From an uncultured Alphaproteobacteria bacterium (lineage in GTDB: Bacteria > Pseudomonadota > Alphaproteobacteria > Methylaequorales > Methylaequoraceae), in contig CABYVV010000003.1 of NCBI GenBank assembly GCA_902522465.1, positions 2,262 through 66,261 on the forward strand: a stretch of DNA of 64,000 nucleotides, written 5' to 3'. How positions within the stretch are numbered: position 1 is the stretch's first letter; the number at the start of each line of letters is the position of its first letter. The position numbers were made by a program, and so were the translations under genes. The notes under the pieces were generated by a model, which was not told the origin of the DNA, did no database searches, and saw only the letters and a program-made list of their open reading frames with translations. This document shows, in pieces, positions 22,146 through 32,384 of the stretch.

Positions 22146-23682
22146 TGTTTTCCTCTAGGAAGTTTTTAGAAGTTTGTTCTAAAAACTGATTAAGTTGTTT
22201 TTCTAGTCCTTCACTTAAAGATTGTTCCTTTTTGATAGAGTCAAGTATTTTTTTACCTTCACCTCTTATTTTCTCAAGAAGGTATTTTTCAAAATTAGTA
22301 ATCAAAGCAATATCTATTTTATCCAAAAAACCTTTTACACCAGAGTAAATTACTACAACTTGTTCCTCGACCTTTAAAGGAGTATATTGAGGTTGTTTAA
22401 GAATTTCAGTAAGTCTTCTTCCTCTTTCCAGAAGGTTTCTCGTTGATTGGTCTAGGTCTGAAGCAAACTGAGAGAAAGCCTCCATTTCCCTAAACTGGGC
22501 CAGATCTAACTTAATTGATCCAGACACTTGTTTCATTGCTTTTATTTGTGCTGCAGAACCAACCCTACTAACTGATAAACCGACATTCACTGCTGGTCTT
22601 ATACCTTTAAAAAAAAGTTCAGTTTCTAGAAAAATTTGCCCATCAGTGATTGATATTACATTGGTTGGTATATAAGCTGACACATCTCCTGCTTGAGTCT
22701 CAATCACGGGTAATGACGTCAGAGAACCAAGCCCACTTTTTTCTCCCATTTTAGCAGCACGTTCAAGTAGCCTAGAATGGATATAAAACACATCTCCAGG
22801 AAATGCTTCTCTACCTGGCGGTCTTCTCAATAAAAGTGACATTTGTCTATATGCTACAGCCTGCTTTGATAAATCATCGTAGAAAATCACTCCATGCATT
22901 CCATTGTCTCTGAAAAACTCTCCCATAGCACACCCAGTGTATGGAGCTAAAAACTGAAGTGGTGCTGGATCAGATGCAGTTGCTGCTACAACAATAGAAT
23001 ATTTCATTGCGTCATTATCTTCCAGCGTTTTTACTATCTGCGCGACAGTAGATCTTTTTTGGCCTATCGAAACATAAATACAATATAGCTTTTTTGACTC
23101 ATCATCAGAATTATTAACTTCTTTTTGGTTGATTATTGTATCTATAATAACGGAAGTCTTTCCAGTTTGTCTGTCACCAATTATTAATTCTCTTTGACCT
23201 CTTCCTATTGGAATTAAACTATCTATTGCTTTTATCCCTGTTTGCATAGGTTCATGAACTGATTTCCTTGGAATAATACCTGGTGCTTTTAGTTCTGCTC
23301 TTCTGTATTTTACATCCTTTAGTGGACCTTTTCCATCGATTGGGTTTCCTAATCCGTCAACAACTCTTCCCAAGAGTGCTTTTCCGGTTGGCACTTCAAC
23401 TATAGATTCTGTTCTTTTAACTACATCCCCTTCTTTAATTGATTTATCACTTCCAAAAATTACAACTCCAACATTATCGTCTTCTAAATTTAAGGCCATA
23501 CCTTTAACCTTACCTGGAAATTCAACCATTTCACCTGCTTGAACATTGTCTAACCCATAAACTCTTGCTATTCCGTCTCCGACGGTAAGGACTGTTCCAA
23601 CTTCGGAAATTTTAGGTTCTTCCCCAAGATTTTTTATTTCAGATTTAAGTATTGAAGAAATTTCAGATGCATCAATTGTCAT
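22132..23682 (-). CDS. atpA: F1 ATP synthase alpha subunit
   Basis: GDRQTGKT P-loop and canonical alpha-subunit sequence throughout. Confidence 0.98.
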   Translation of the reverse strand: MTIDASEISSILKSEIKNLGEEPKISEVGTVLTVGDGIARVYGLDNVQAGEMVEFPGKVKGMALNLEDDNVGVVIFGSDKSIKEGDVVKRTESIVEVPTGKALLGRVVDGLGNPIDGKGPLKDVKYRRAELKAPGIIPRKSVHEPMQTGIKAIDSLIPIGRGQRELIIGDRQTGKTSVIIDTIINQKEVNNSDDESKKLYCIYVSIGQKRSTVAQIVKTLEDNDAMKYSIVVAATASDPAPLQFLAPYTGCAMGEFFRDNGMHGVIFYDDLSKQAVAYRQMSLLLRRPPGREAFPGDVFYIHSRLLERAAKMGEKSGLGSLTSLPVIETQAGDVSAYIPTNVISITDGQIFLETELFFKGIRPAVNVGLSVSRVGSAAQIKAMKQVSGSIKLDLAQFREMEAFSQFASDLDQSTRNLLERGRRLTEILKQPQYTPLKVEEQVVVIYSGVKGFLDKIDIALITNFEKYLLEKIRGEGKKILDSIKKEQSLSEGLEKQLNQFLEQTSKNFLEENNAKS

Positions 23683-23697
23683 TAAGCTAACCTTTCT

Positions 23698-24240
23698 TTA
23701 AATTTTAAAATCAATCAATTTCGATTTAATAGAATTGTCTATCATTATAGAATTTATTTTAATAATAACACCACCAATTATTTCTTTATCAATGATTTTT
23801 GTAAGTTTGATTTTTAATTTTAATAAATCAGACATCTTTTGCTTTAGTTGTTCTTCAGTTTGTTTTTCTATAGGTTCTGCCGTTGTTATTATAACCTCTG
23901 TTAAACCATCATTGATATCTAGAACTTTTTTGAACTCATTGAAAATCCTACTATAAAAAATAATTTTACCGTGTTTAGCTAGAACTGAAACAAAACCTTG
24001 AAAGATATCATTATATAAGAGTTTGCCACATAATTTAGTTAGTATTTGTGATTTTTTTTTTGAATTTATTAGCGGATTACCTATGAATTTTGAGAAATCT
24101 TGAGATCCATCTATTGTGGATACAAAATCTTTAAAATTTTTTGAAATTTCATTAAGTTCATCTTTGTTTGATGCTGAGATTATTAGTGCATTTGCATAGC
24201 GGTTACAAATTTCATTCGTATTTTGTGATATTTTAGTCAA
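23698..24240 (-). CDS. atpH: F1 ATP synthase delta (OSCP) subunit
   Basis: TTG start preceded by AGAGGAAG. About 180 aa, first gene of the atp string, with the OSCP-like end IIGGVIIKINSIMIDNSIKSKL. Confidence 0.85.
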   Translation of the reverse strand: MTKISQNTNEICNRYANALIISASNKDELNEISKNFKDFVSTIDGSQDFSKFIGNPLINSKKKSQILTKLCGKLLYNDIFQGFVSVLAKHGKIIFYSRIFNEFKKVLDINDGLTEVIITTAEPIEKQTEEQLKQKMSDLLKLKIKLTKIIDKEIIGGVIIKINSIMIDNSIKSKLIDFKI

Positions 24241-24262
24241 GTCTTCCTCTAAATAAACCTAG

Positions 24263-24291
24263 TTTTTAGCATAAGAGAACTACGATATCAA
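24263..24291 (-). promoter_or_regulatory. candidate sigma70-type promoter for atpHAGDC
   Basis: On the minus strand: TTGATA (24291-24286), a 17-nt spacer, then TAAAAA (24268-24263), in the 64-nt priA-atpH spacer. Pattern match only. Confidence 0.3.
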
Positions 24292-24304
24292 TATTAGATA
24301 ATTT

Positions 24305-26281
24305 TTATATAAAGTTTATGGGGTCAACATCAATATAGAATTTAATTCCGCTGGGTATTTTTATTTTCATTAAAAAATCTTTAATATTTTCTTGAATTAT
24401 CGCTCTTTTTTTAACCTTAATTAAAAGTCTATATCTGTAATTTAAGTTTTTTTTATACAAAATTGCTGGAGCAGGACCAAATATTTGTGCATCTTTGAAT
24501 TTATTTTTGATACGTTCAGATATTTCTGTAGAAAAATTTTTAACTTTACTCTCTAATTTTGAGGATAGAATAATAGAAATGTAACTTGTATATGGAGGTT
24601 GAAGGTTATTTTTTCTAATTTCAAGCTCGCATTGTGCAAAATTTCTAATATTTTGCAGTTTACATAACTTTATTACAGGATGATTAGGTTGAATAGTTTG
24701 AATTAGAACTTCTCCCTTCAGACTTTTTCTTCCAGCCCTTCCACCTACCTGAATAACTTGTTGAAAAACTTTCTCAGAGGATCTAAAGTCGAAATCATTC
24801 AAAACATTATCTATGTTAAGTATTCCAACTGTTTTAAGCGAAGGAAAATTATGACCTTTGGAGATTAGTTGTGTGCCTACGATTATATCAATTTTATTTG
24901 AAATTATGTCCGTAAGGATAGATTTAAACTTTTTAGAATTTTTTACGGTATCACTAGATAAGACTGCAACATTTGCCTCTGGAAAGTAATTTGAAACTAA
25001 TTCAGAAATTTTTTCAACTCCGGCGCCAGAAAAACTAAGCATATTTTGTGTCTTGCATGATGGACATTTGTCTTTAAATTTCTCCTTGTAGTTACAATGA
25101 TGACATAATAGGTAACTATCTCTATTGTAATCGTGAAGCACCAAAGATGAATTACAATTCTTGCATGTTTTTGTAAAACCGCAAGTTTTACATATAACAA
25201 AAGAAGCATAACCTCTTTTGTTTATAAAAATAAGCGTTTGGTGTTTTTGTCTTATGTTATTTCTAATCTTTTGTTCAAGTTCTTTGGAAATTATTTCATC
25301 TTCATTTTTCATATCAATAATCTTGATTTCTGGAAGATCCAAATTATTTACTCTTTTGGGTAGTCTGAAATATTGGAATTTTTTTAAATTTATTTTATGG
25401 TATGATTCAAGTGAAGGTGTTGCAGAACTTAGGATAATCATACAACTTGAATTTTTTGCTCTAACAATTGAAAAATCTCTGGCATTAATGATGGTTTGTT
25501 CTTCCTGTTTATATGAACTGTCATGTTCCTCGTCCACAACTATCAAACCAAGTTTTGCAAATGGAAGAAATAGTGCAGATCTAGTGCCAACAACAAGTTT
25601 AATTTGATTCCTATTCACTAAAGACCATATGCGTTCTTTTTCATTCTTTTTTTTTGAAGAATGATAAATTTCAGGATTTAACCCAAAGTACTTTTGTATT
25701 TCATCCACCCATTGGTTTGTCAATATTATTTCAGGTACTAGGATTAAGCATTGCAGCCCTCTATCTACGACTTCTTTAACTTTATTCATATAGACCCTTG
25801 TTTTACCAGACCCAGTAACACCTTCTAGAAGAATTACATTAAATTGAGAGCTAGTGATTTTTGCTAAACTTGAAACAACAAACTTTTGATCAGAATTTAA
25901 TTTAAGTTCATATGACTTTCTTTCGGATTTTTCAAAAGTATTAGTTTCTTTAAAATCAATTTTTGATGAGAAATTCGATAAAAAAAGTTTGAGAATCATT
26001 GAGGCATGATTGCAACTGTATCTGGAAATGAACTGCAAACTTAAAAGAACTTCATTTTTAAAAAAAAAGGGTTCTATTACTTTAATTATTTTCTTTAGAG
26101 GTTTTTTAAATTTATTTTTATGTTCAACTTTTATTATTAAACCAATAACTTTTTTGTTATGAAAATCTACCTCAACAAGTTTTCCAATACATTTACATTT
26201 TTTGTAGTCATAAGAATCAGTTGCTTCATAATAAAATGTTTTACGAATAGGAAGTGGTAGTAGAATTTCGTAAATCATCAT
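24305..26281 (-). CDS. priA: primosomal protein N' (replication restart helicase PriA)
   Basis: Walker A GVTGSGKT, DEEH box VVDEEHD, and a Cys-rich zinc region CKTCG...CKNC...CHHC...CPSC. Confidence 0.9.
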   Translation of the reverse strand: MMIYEILLPLPIRKTFYYEATDSYDYKKCKCIGKLVEVDFHNKKVIGLIIKVEHKNKFKKPLKKIIKVIEPFFFKNEVLLSLQFISRYSCNHASMILKLFLSNFSSKIDFKETNTFEKSERKSYELKLNSDQKFVVSSLAKITSSQFNVILLEGVTGSGKTRVYMNKVKEVVDRGLQCLILVPEIILTNQWVDEIQKYFGLNPEIYHSSKKKNEKERIWSLVNRNQIKLVVGTRSALFLPFAKLGLIVVDEEHDSSYKQEEQTIINARDFSIVRAKNSSCMIILSSATPSLESYHKINLKKFQYFRLPKRVNNLDLPEIKIIDMKNEDEIISKELEQKIRNNIRQKHQTLIFINKRGYASFVICKTCGFTKTCKNCNSSLVLHDYNRDSYLLCHHCNYKEKFKDKCPSCKTQNMLSFSGAGVEKISELVSNYFPEANVAVLSSDTVKNSKKFKSILTDIISNKIDIIVGTQLISKGHNFPSLKTVGILNIDNVLNDFDFRSSEKVFQQVIQVGGRAGRKSLKGEVLIQTIQPNHPVIKLCKLQNIRNFAQCELEIRKNNLQPPYTSYISIILSSKLESKVKNFSTEISERIKNKFKDAQIFGPAPAILYKKNLNYRYRLLIKVKKRAIIQENIKDFLMKIKIPSGIKFYIDVDPINFI

Positions 26282-26302
26282 AAAATTATAACAAATAATT
26301 TT

Positions 26303-26998
26303 ATGAAAACATTGTTAAATATGTTTAATGAAATATTATTATTCATAATGTTAAAAAGAAATTTAAAAAAAGATCAAATTTTGGATTATTTATCAAAGAA
26401 TCCAAACTTTTTTATTGAAAATCAAGACATACTTGCTCAGATCAACTTTCCATTACTTGAAAATAAAAATAATAATGAAAAAATTGTATCGTTTAAGGAT
26501 TGGATCATTTTAAATCTTAAAAAAGTACAAAAAAATATTATTGATAATGCAGAATATAATTTTTCAATACAAAACAAAATTCATGATGTTGTTTTAAAAA
26601 TTATTAAGAAAAGGAATATAAAAGAATTTTTTTATCTTTTAAATGTTGAACTACCAGGGGTATTTGAATTGGAAATTGTTAATATAGTTACAAGTGATTA
26701 CAATTTTTCAGAAAAGTTTAACCTTATCTTTAAAGACAAAGAATCAATCAGAGAGATTTATGGTCATAAAAATAAGTTAGTAATGGATGCAGTTGAAAAT
26801 CAAACAAATATTTTTGAAAGCAAAAATAAAATATACTCAAATGCAATTTTCTCCCTTGATAAAAGTATTTTTAAGTCACAATCTTTACTTGTATTTGGCA
26901 GTAAGGATAAACATTTTATTGACAATAGAGCATTTGATCTAATATTTTTTTTATCAAGTGTTATGGAAGAGAAACTGATACAACTTTCCAATGAATGA
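26303..26998 (+). CDS. DUF484 family protein
   Basis: The N-terminal pattern QILDYLSKNPNFFIENQDILAQINFP is typical of DUF484. The gene sits immediately upstream of and overlapping xerC, as in many proteobacteria. The true start may be an internal Met (26321 or 26348). Confidence 0.6.
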   Translation: MKTLLNMFNEILLFIMLKRNLKKDQILDYLSKNPNFFIENQDILAQINFPLLENKNNNEKIVSFKDWIILNLKKVQKNIIDNAEYNFSIQNKIHDVVLKIIKKRNIKEFFYLLNVELPGVFELEIVNIVTSDYNFSEKFNLIFKDKESIREIYGHKNKLVMDAVENQTNIFESKNKIYSNAIFSLDKSIFKSQSLLVFGSKDKHFIDNRAFDLIFFLSSVMEEKLIQLSNE

Positions 26999-27899
26999 TA
27001 ACTTAGATATTCACATATCAAAATGGATTTCATGGATCCAAAATGAAAAAAGACTTAGTTCTCATACAGTAATCTCTTATAGTTCGGATCTAAAATCTTT
27101 TTTTTACTTTCTTAAAAGTCACTTAAATAAAGAAATCAAATATGAAATTCTTTCTAAAATAGATGAAGACGATTTATTGGGTTGGTTTTACAATAGACTT
27201 AATAATGGAACAAGTCATAGATCTAATGCAAGAGCTTTATCTTCATTAAAAAGTTTTATTACATTTTTAATAAAAAAAAAAGTAATCAAAGGCTCAAAAA
27301 TTTTACAAATTAAAGGTCCTAAGTTTCTTCAATCTCTTCCAAGACCTTTGTCTAAAAGGCAAATAATGCAAATAATTAATGAAATAAAAAGTGAAAAGAT
27401 TAAATGGATAATGATGAGAAACTTATCAATAATAATTATGATGTGGGGTTATGGATTAAGGATAAGTGAGGTTTTAAATATAAGGTTAAAGGATACTAGT
27501 AATGACGAAATTAGAATTATAGGTAAAGGCAATAAATTAAGAATCATTCCTGTTGCCTTGGAGGTCATTTCTTTTTTAAAAAAAATGACAGATGAATGTC
27601 CATATTCTTTTGACTTTGACAGCTTTATTTTTATCGGTAAAAAAGGTGGTAAATTAAAACCTGAAATAATTCAAAGAAAAATTAGGGACATAAGAAAAAA
27701 ATTTATTTTACCTGAAAATGCGACACCACATTCACTCAGACATACTTTTGCCACCGAACTACTCATGAATTTTGTTGATCTAAGATCGATTCAAGAACTA
27801 CTTGGTCATACTTCTCTATCAACTACTCAAAAATATACATCTGTAAATAGTGATCATTTAAGAAAGGTATTGGAAGAAAATCATCCTCTTTCAAAATGA
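26991..27899 (+). CDS. xerC: site-specific tyrosine recombinase XerC
   Basis: R..HxxR..Y catalytic set: GLRISE, HSLRHTFATELL, LGHTSLSTTQKYT. The DUF484-xerC synteny supports the call. Confidence 0.85.
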   Translation: MNDNLDIHISKWISWIQNEKRLSSHTVISYSSDLKSFFYFLKSHLNKEIKYEILSKIDEDDLLGWFYNRLNNGTSHRSNARALSSLKSFITFLIKKKVIKGSKILQIKGPKFLQSLPRPLSKRQIMQIINEIKSEKIKWIMMRNLSIIIMMWGYGLRISEVLNIRLKDTSNDEIRIIGKGNKLRIIPVALEVISFLKKMTDECPYSFDFDSFIFIGKKGGKLKPEIIQRKIRDIRKKFILPENATPHSLRHTFATELLMNFVDLRSIQELLGHTSLSTTQKYTSVNSDHLRKVLEENHPLSK

Positions 27900-27908
27900 A
27901 TTAAGAGG
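27885..27908. terminator. weak hairpin spanning both stop codons of the convergent xerC/ACT pair
   Basis: CCTCTT (27885-27890), a 12-nt loop, then AAGAGG (27903-27908). It is the only structure available at this 1-nt convergent junction. The stem is short and there is no clear U-tract. Confidence 0.2.
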
Positions 27909-28425
27909 TTTCATATCTGAAAGTGAGTTTCATTTCTCCAGCTACTTTTACCATTTGTGATAAACACTCTGGTGCGTTTTCGTCTCTAATTGAGATTGCA
28001 AATCTGCAAATATATTGTGTTTTATCAGAGAACTTAATTTTTTCAGTGTTCATTCTGATTATTAGGGCATTATTGTCATCAAGCGTTTTTATAATTTTAT
28101 TTAGCAAACCTTTTTGGTCCTCACCAGATAGGACAATTCTGTGCGTAATTTTTGTAGTTGGACCGTCATCCCGAAAAGTTTCGAGGGGTTTTATTTGAAA
28201 TTCACCATTTTTGGATGATTCTAAATTCTCTAAGCCTTTCTCAATCTCATCAAAGTTTTGCTTATCTGCTTTTTGATAGATCATTGTAAGTTCGCATACT
28301 CTCCCAAGAGTTGCAAATGTTACTCCTGAGAATTGACCTTCTATTTCAGTGAGATACGAGGTTATCTGAGATATAAGGTTGGGTTTATTTTCTCCTAAAT
28401 ATGAGATTATTGCATTATTACTCAT
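27901..28425 (-). CDS. tandem ACT-domain protein (GcvR/COG2716-like small-molecule-binding regulator)
   Basis: Two ACT-like modules of about 75 aa ([20 protein letters not shown]... and [19 protein letters not shown]...). The start overlaps the sucD stop (ATGA). Confidence 0.55.
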   Translation of the reverse strand: MSNNAIISYLGENKPNLISQITSYLTEIEGQFSGVTFATLGRVCELTMIYQKADKQNFDEIEKGLENLESSKNGEFQIKPLETFRDDGPTTKITHRIVLSGEDQKGLLNKIIKTLDDNNALIIRMNTEKIKFSDKTQYICRFAISIRDENAPECLSQMVKVAGEMKLTFRYETS

Positions 28426-29300
28426 TTGGACCCCATGGCAATTCTCATTGCATCCCCAATTCTGGTGATTGTGTCAGCGACAGTTACCCCAGCGGATTTA
28501 AGTGAATCTTTCTTAGCATCGGCAGTTTCTGCACCGCTATTTACAATTGCTCCTGCGTGACCCAGTTTTCTTCCTTTCGGTGCTGCAGCCCCAGCAACAA
28601 ATGCAGATACTGGTTTTTTATATTTACCTTTCCAACTTCTAATAAAATCAGCTCCATCAATCTCCGCTGTACCCCCTATCTCTCCAATTAAGACAATACC
28701 GTCTGTATCTGAATCCTGAAGAAACAATTCGAGTGCATCAACAAAATTTGTTCCATTTACAGGATCACCACCTATACCTATTATCGTAGATTGTCCGAGT
28801 TCTGCAGTTTGAACAGCTGATTCATATGACAGTGTCCCTGACCTTGAAACAACACCGATTCGTCCAGGCTTACAAATATGGCCAGGAATTATTCCTATCT
28901 TTCCAACTCCAGGAGTCAGTACTCCAGGACAATTTGGACCAACTAACCTGGTTTTTGATCCTTTCATTTCTCTTCTTACTCTTTGCATATCGCTAGTTGG
29001 AATTCCGTCTGTAATGCATACAACTAAATCAAGCTCTGCTTCAACTGCTTCAAGTATTGCATCTGCAGCAAATGGTGGTGGTACAAATACCCCACTTGCA
29101 TTACAATTTGTTTCTTTTTTAGCTTCCGCTACAGTATTAAAAACTGGAACATTTAAGTGTTTTGAACCACCTTTTTCGGGGGTAACCCCGCCTACTATTT
29201 TGGTATTGTACTCGATGGCTCTTTCTGAATGAAAGGTCCCCTGAGCTCCCGTAAAACCTTGACAGATAATTTTTGATTCTTTTGTTAGTAAAACTGCCAA
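28422..29300 (-). CDS. sucD: succinyl-CoA synthetase alpha subunit
   Basis: [17 protein letters not shown]..., SRSGTLSYE and the GHAGAI phosphohistidine loop. I place the start at TTG 29300-29298, 1 nt after the sucC stop (29304-29302). The ORF-track ATG at 29360 would add 20 unrelated residues inside sucC. Confidence 0.95.
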   Translation of the reverse strand: MAVLLTKESKIICQGFTGAQGTFHSERAIEYNTKIVGGVTPEKGGSKHLNVPVFNTVAEAKKETNCNASGVFVPPPFAADAILEAVEAELDLVVCITDGIPTSDMQRVRREMKGSKTRLVGPNCPGVLTPGVGKIGIIPGHICKPGRIGVVSRSGTLSYESAVQTAELGQSTIIGIGGDPVNGTNFVDALELFLQDSDTDGIVLIGEIGGTAEIDGADFIRSWKGKYKKPVSAFVAGAAAPKGRKLGHAGAIVNSGAETADAKKDSLKSAGVTVADTITRIGDAMRIAMGSK

Positions 29301-29301
29301 T

Positions 29302-30471
29302 TTACTTTTTCTCCTTGACCATGGCAACAACATCTTTAGCAGCTTGCTCCATGGTTTCAACTGGTTTAATAGGAAAACCTGAATTTTTTAATATGTCCAT
29401 GCCCATCTCAACATTTGTTCCTTCAAGTCTTACAACTAATGGTTTACTAAGTCCGACTTCTTTAGATGCATTAACAAGTCCTGTAGCAATATCGTTGCAT
29501 CTCATCATTCCGCCAAAAATATTTATCAAAATTCCTTTAACATCTGGATCTTTATATATTAGTTTGAATGCTGCAGCAACTCTCTCTGGAGTTGCAGCTC
29601 CAGCTACATCCATGAAGTTTGCAGCCTCACCGCCATAATATTTTATAATATCCATGGTTGCCATTGATAATCCAGCACCATTAACCATCAACCCAATATT
29701 TCCCTCAAGCTTAACATAGTTTAGATCATGTCTGGCTGCTTCTAGTTCTAAGGGGTCATATTCGTTTTCATCTTTCATTTCTGCAACACCTCTTTGTCTG
29801 TATAAAGCATTGTCATCAAACGAAGCTTTGCAGTCAAGAACTAAGACTTCACCGTCCTTTGTAACTGCAAATGGATTTACCTCAATCATGGCAGCGTCAA
29901 GTTCAACAAACGCTTTGTATATTGAAAGAAGATTTTTTTGTGCTTTTTTTGCAATTGAACCAGATAGCCCTAATCCATAAACAATTGTTCTCGCATGATG
30001 TGTTAATAAGTTGGAGCCTGGCGCAACCTTAATACTATGGATTTCTTCAGGGTTTTTTTCAGAAACATCCTCTATGTTAACCCCACCTTGTTTAGAATAT
30101 ATAATTGTATTCCCACCAGTTTCTCTGTCGATTGTTATGCACAAATAAAGTTCATTTTGAATTTGGTATCCTTTTTCGAGATATACCCTCCTAACAATTT
30201 TTCCGCTTTCTGTAGTTTGAGGGGTAATAATTTTCATTCCAATCATTTTATCTACCGTTTTTATAACTTCTGAATCATTTGAACAAATTTTGATCCCTCC
30301 TGCTTTTCCTCTTCCTCCAGCATGAACTTGAGCTTTGACTACTATTTTGTCCTCATTTAACCATGTTACGATGTTTTCAGCTTCATGGGTTTGATATACA
30401 ACCTCTCCTGGCGGGATTGAAACTCCAAACTTAGATAAAAGTTGTTTTGCTTGGTACTCGTGGATATCCAT
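29302..30471 (-). CDS. sucC: succinyl-CoA synthetase beta subunit
   Basis: [12 protein letters not shown]..., ATP-grasp fold and GGMMRCD-type C-terminal motif. Confidence 0.97.
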   Translation of the reverse strand: MDIHEYQAKQLLSKFGVSIPPGEVVYQTHEAENIVTWLNEDKIVVKAQVHAGGRGKAGGIKICSNDSEVIKTVDKMIGMKIITPQTTESGKIVRRVYLEKGYQIQNELYLCITIDRETGGNTIIYSKQGGVNIEDVSEKNPEEIHSIKVAPGSNLLTHHARTIVYGLGLSGSIAKKAQKNLLSIYKAFVELDAAMIEVNPFAVTKDGEVLVLDCKASFDDNALYRQRGVAEMKDENEYDPLELEAARHDLNYVKLEGNIGLMVNGAGLSMATMDIIKYYGGEAANFMDVAGAATPERVAAAFKLIYKDPDVKGILINIFGGMMRCNDIATGLVNASKEVGLSKPLVVRLEGTNVEMGMDILKNSGFPIKPVETMEQAAKDVVAMVKEKK

Positions 30472-30547
30472 TAATTAATTTCCTAATAAATTGTTTGAGG
30501 TTTAAATTTTCAAACATCAGCTGCAAAATATAAACGAATTTATAAGG

Positions 30548-31495
30548 TTAGACTAGTAGTTTTTTACATTTTTTAACTAAACTATTTACTGATTCTACTG
30601 ACTTATCAAATCCAATTTTTGAATCATCTGATAAATTAAGTTCTATTATTTCTTCGATACCATTCTTACCTATAATTACAGGTACTCCAACGAAAATCTC
30701 TTTATGTCCATATTCACCATTTAAAAAGGCTGAACAAGGTAATAACTTCCTCTGATCTAGTAAAAATGATTCAAGCATTTCTATTGCACTGCAGGCAGGA
30801 GAATAAAATGCAGAGCTATTTTTCATTAAAGCTACAATTTCTCCTCCACCAGTCCTTGTTCTCTTAACTATGTCGCTTATGCTTTCTTTGGATATTTTTT
30901 TTTCATCTATAAAGTTTTGCAACGGAATTCCTCCAACTGATGTATAGTCAAGAAGTGGAACCATACTATCTCCATGTCCACCTAAAACCATAGTTTGAAT
31001 ATTTTCAACTGAAATATTTAACTCTTGAGATAGAAAGAATCTGAATCGTGCTGAATCAAGTATACCTGCCATACCAGTTATCATTTTAGAATTAACGCCA
31101 CTAATGTGTTTTAGAGACCAAACCATTGCATCTAAAGGATTAGTTACACAAATTACAAATGAATTTGGAGAATATTTTTTTATTGCTTCTCCAATATCTT
31201 TCATTATGGAAAAGTTTGTTTCTATCAAATCATCTCTACTCATACCGGGTTTTCTAGCAATACCTGCCGTGATTATAATTGCTGAACTGTTTTCAATTTT
31301 TGCAATATCTGAAGACCCTTCAATTTTGATATTCAGGTTTTCAACAGGAAAACTTTGAGCTAGATCCAAGCATTTTCCCTCTGCAAGACCTTCAACTACA
31401 TCTACGAGAATTATCTCACCAATTTGTTTTCTGGATAAATTATAGGCTAAAATAGTTCCGATATTACCAGCACCTATAAGACTAATTTTTTTCAA
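30548..31495 (-). CDS. mdh: malate dehydrogenase (LDH-like type)
   Basis: TTG start. IGAGNIG Rossmann motif, GIARKPGMSRDDL and GGHGDSMVP. Confidence 0.95.
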   Translation of the reverse strand: MKKISLIGAGNIGTILAYNLSRKQIGEIILVDVVEGLAEGKCLDLAQSFPVENLNIKIEGSSDIAKIENSSAIIITAGIARKPGMSRDDLIETNFSIMKDIGEAIKKYSPNSFVICVTNPLDAMVWSLKHISGVNSKMITGMAGILDSARFRFFLSQELNISVENIQTMVLGGHGDSMVPLLDYTSVGGIPLQNFIDEKKISKESISDIVKRTRTGGGEIVALMKNSSAFYSPACSAIEMLESFLLDQRKLLPCSAFLNGEYGHKEIFVGVPVIIGKNGIEEIIELNLSDDSKIGFDKSVESVNSLVKKCKKLLV

Positions 31496-31525
31496 ACAAC
31501 ACCTTCTTTTGAATTAATTTTAATT

Positions 31526-32374
31526 TTATATTATGTCTAGCCCAATATCTAGAGAATAAGAAGAATTTGTAATTTTACTTGTTGATATAAAATCTGCACC
31601 TAATTTTGAATAAGCTGATATATTTTTGAGTGTTATTCCACCCGTTATTTCAAAAATAATATTTTTCTTTTTAAGCTTTATACACCTCTTTATTTCGTTA
31701 ATACTCATATTATCTAAAAGGATATATTTTGCACCCATTGTGATAGACCTTTTAACTTCTTCAAAAGTCTCACATTCAATTTTATATTTTTTTATTTTTT
31801 TTTCTTTAACTTTAGCCAACGCATTATCAATTCCACCTAAAACTTTTATGTGATTATCTTTAACCAGAAAATCATCGTATAATCCCATTCTGTGATTTTT
31901 AGCACCTCCAATTGAGGTTGCATATTTTTCGAATTTTCTTAGACCTGTTGTGGTTTTTCTTGTATCTAGTAATTGAGTTTTTGACTTACCCATCTTACTT
32001 ACGAAACGATTTGTAATGGAAGAAATACTTGACAAATGTTGTAAAAAATTTAAAAGAGTTCTCTCAACAGTCAAAATTTTTCTAGCATTACCATTCATTA
32101 AAAGAATAGTAGAATTTTTTTTAACTCTGTCACCATCCTTGTAATTACTTTTTATTTCTATTTTTGGGAAAAATTTTTTTAAAAAATTAACAATAAAAAT
32201 TGAACCACTAAGAATCATGTCTTCCCTGTTAGATATGATGCATTTTATTGGTTTAGATTTTTTTAAAAGCTGACTTGTGGTTATATCATTTTTAAAACTT
32301 CTTCCTCCAAGATCCTCAATAAGTTCTGAAGCAAGGCTCTTTTCTGATAGTTCAAGTAACTCTTTGATTTTCAC
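31526..32374 (-). CDS. nadC: nicotinate-nucleotide diphosphorylase (quinolinate phosphoribosyltransferase)
   Basis: ERTLLNFLQHLSSISS, DTRKTTTGLR and KDNH motifs. Confidence 0.9.
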   Translation of the reverse strand: MKIKELLELSEKSLASELIEDLGGRSFKNDITTSQLLKKSKPIKCIISNREDMILSGSIFIVNFLKKFFPKIEIKSNYKDGDRVKKNSTILLMNGNARKILTVERTLLNFLQHLSSISSITNRFVSKMGKSKTQLLDTRKTTTGLRKFEKYATSIGGAKNHRMGLYDDFLVKDNHIKVLGGIDNALAKVKEKKIKKYKIECETFEEVKRSITMGAKYILLDNMSINEIKRCIKLKKKNIIFEITGGITLKNISAYSKLGADFISTSKITNSSYSLDIGLDII

Positions 32375-32384
32375 TTTGAAAAAT

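Noticed and set aside
26991-27899. A tyrosine recombinase, considered as a marker of an integrated mobile element.
   Set aside because: It has the canonical XerC sequence and the DUF484-xerC housekeeping synteny. There is no flanking tRNA, no direct repeats, no phage or transposon genes and no compositional shift.
29301-29360. An N-terminal extension of sucD ([20 protein letters not shown]) from the ORF-track ATG.
   Set aside because: It lies inside the sucC coding region and has no similarity to SucD N-termini. A TTG at 29300, 1 nt after the sucC stop, gives the canonical (M)[17 protein letters not shown] start.
29273-29638. A 121-aa plus-strand ORF across the sucC/sucD junction, and the 72-aa ORF at 29014-29232.
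   Set aside because: Both are antisense to two of the best-conserved genes in the window and are composition artefacts.
30493-30515. A hairpin (GTTTGA-11 nt-TCAAAC) in the 76-nt mdh-sucC spacer, considered as a terminator or attenuator.
   Set aside because: The stem is 6 bp and AT-rich with a large loop and no U-tract, so it is indistinguishable from chance.
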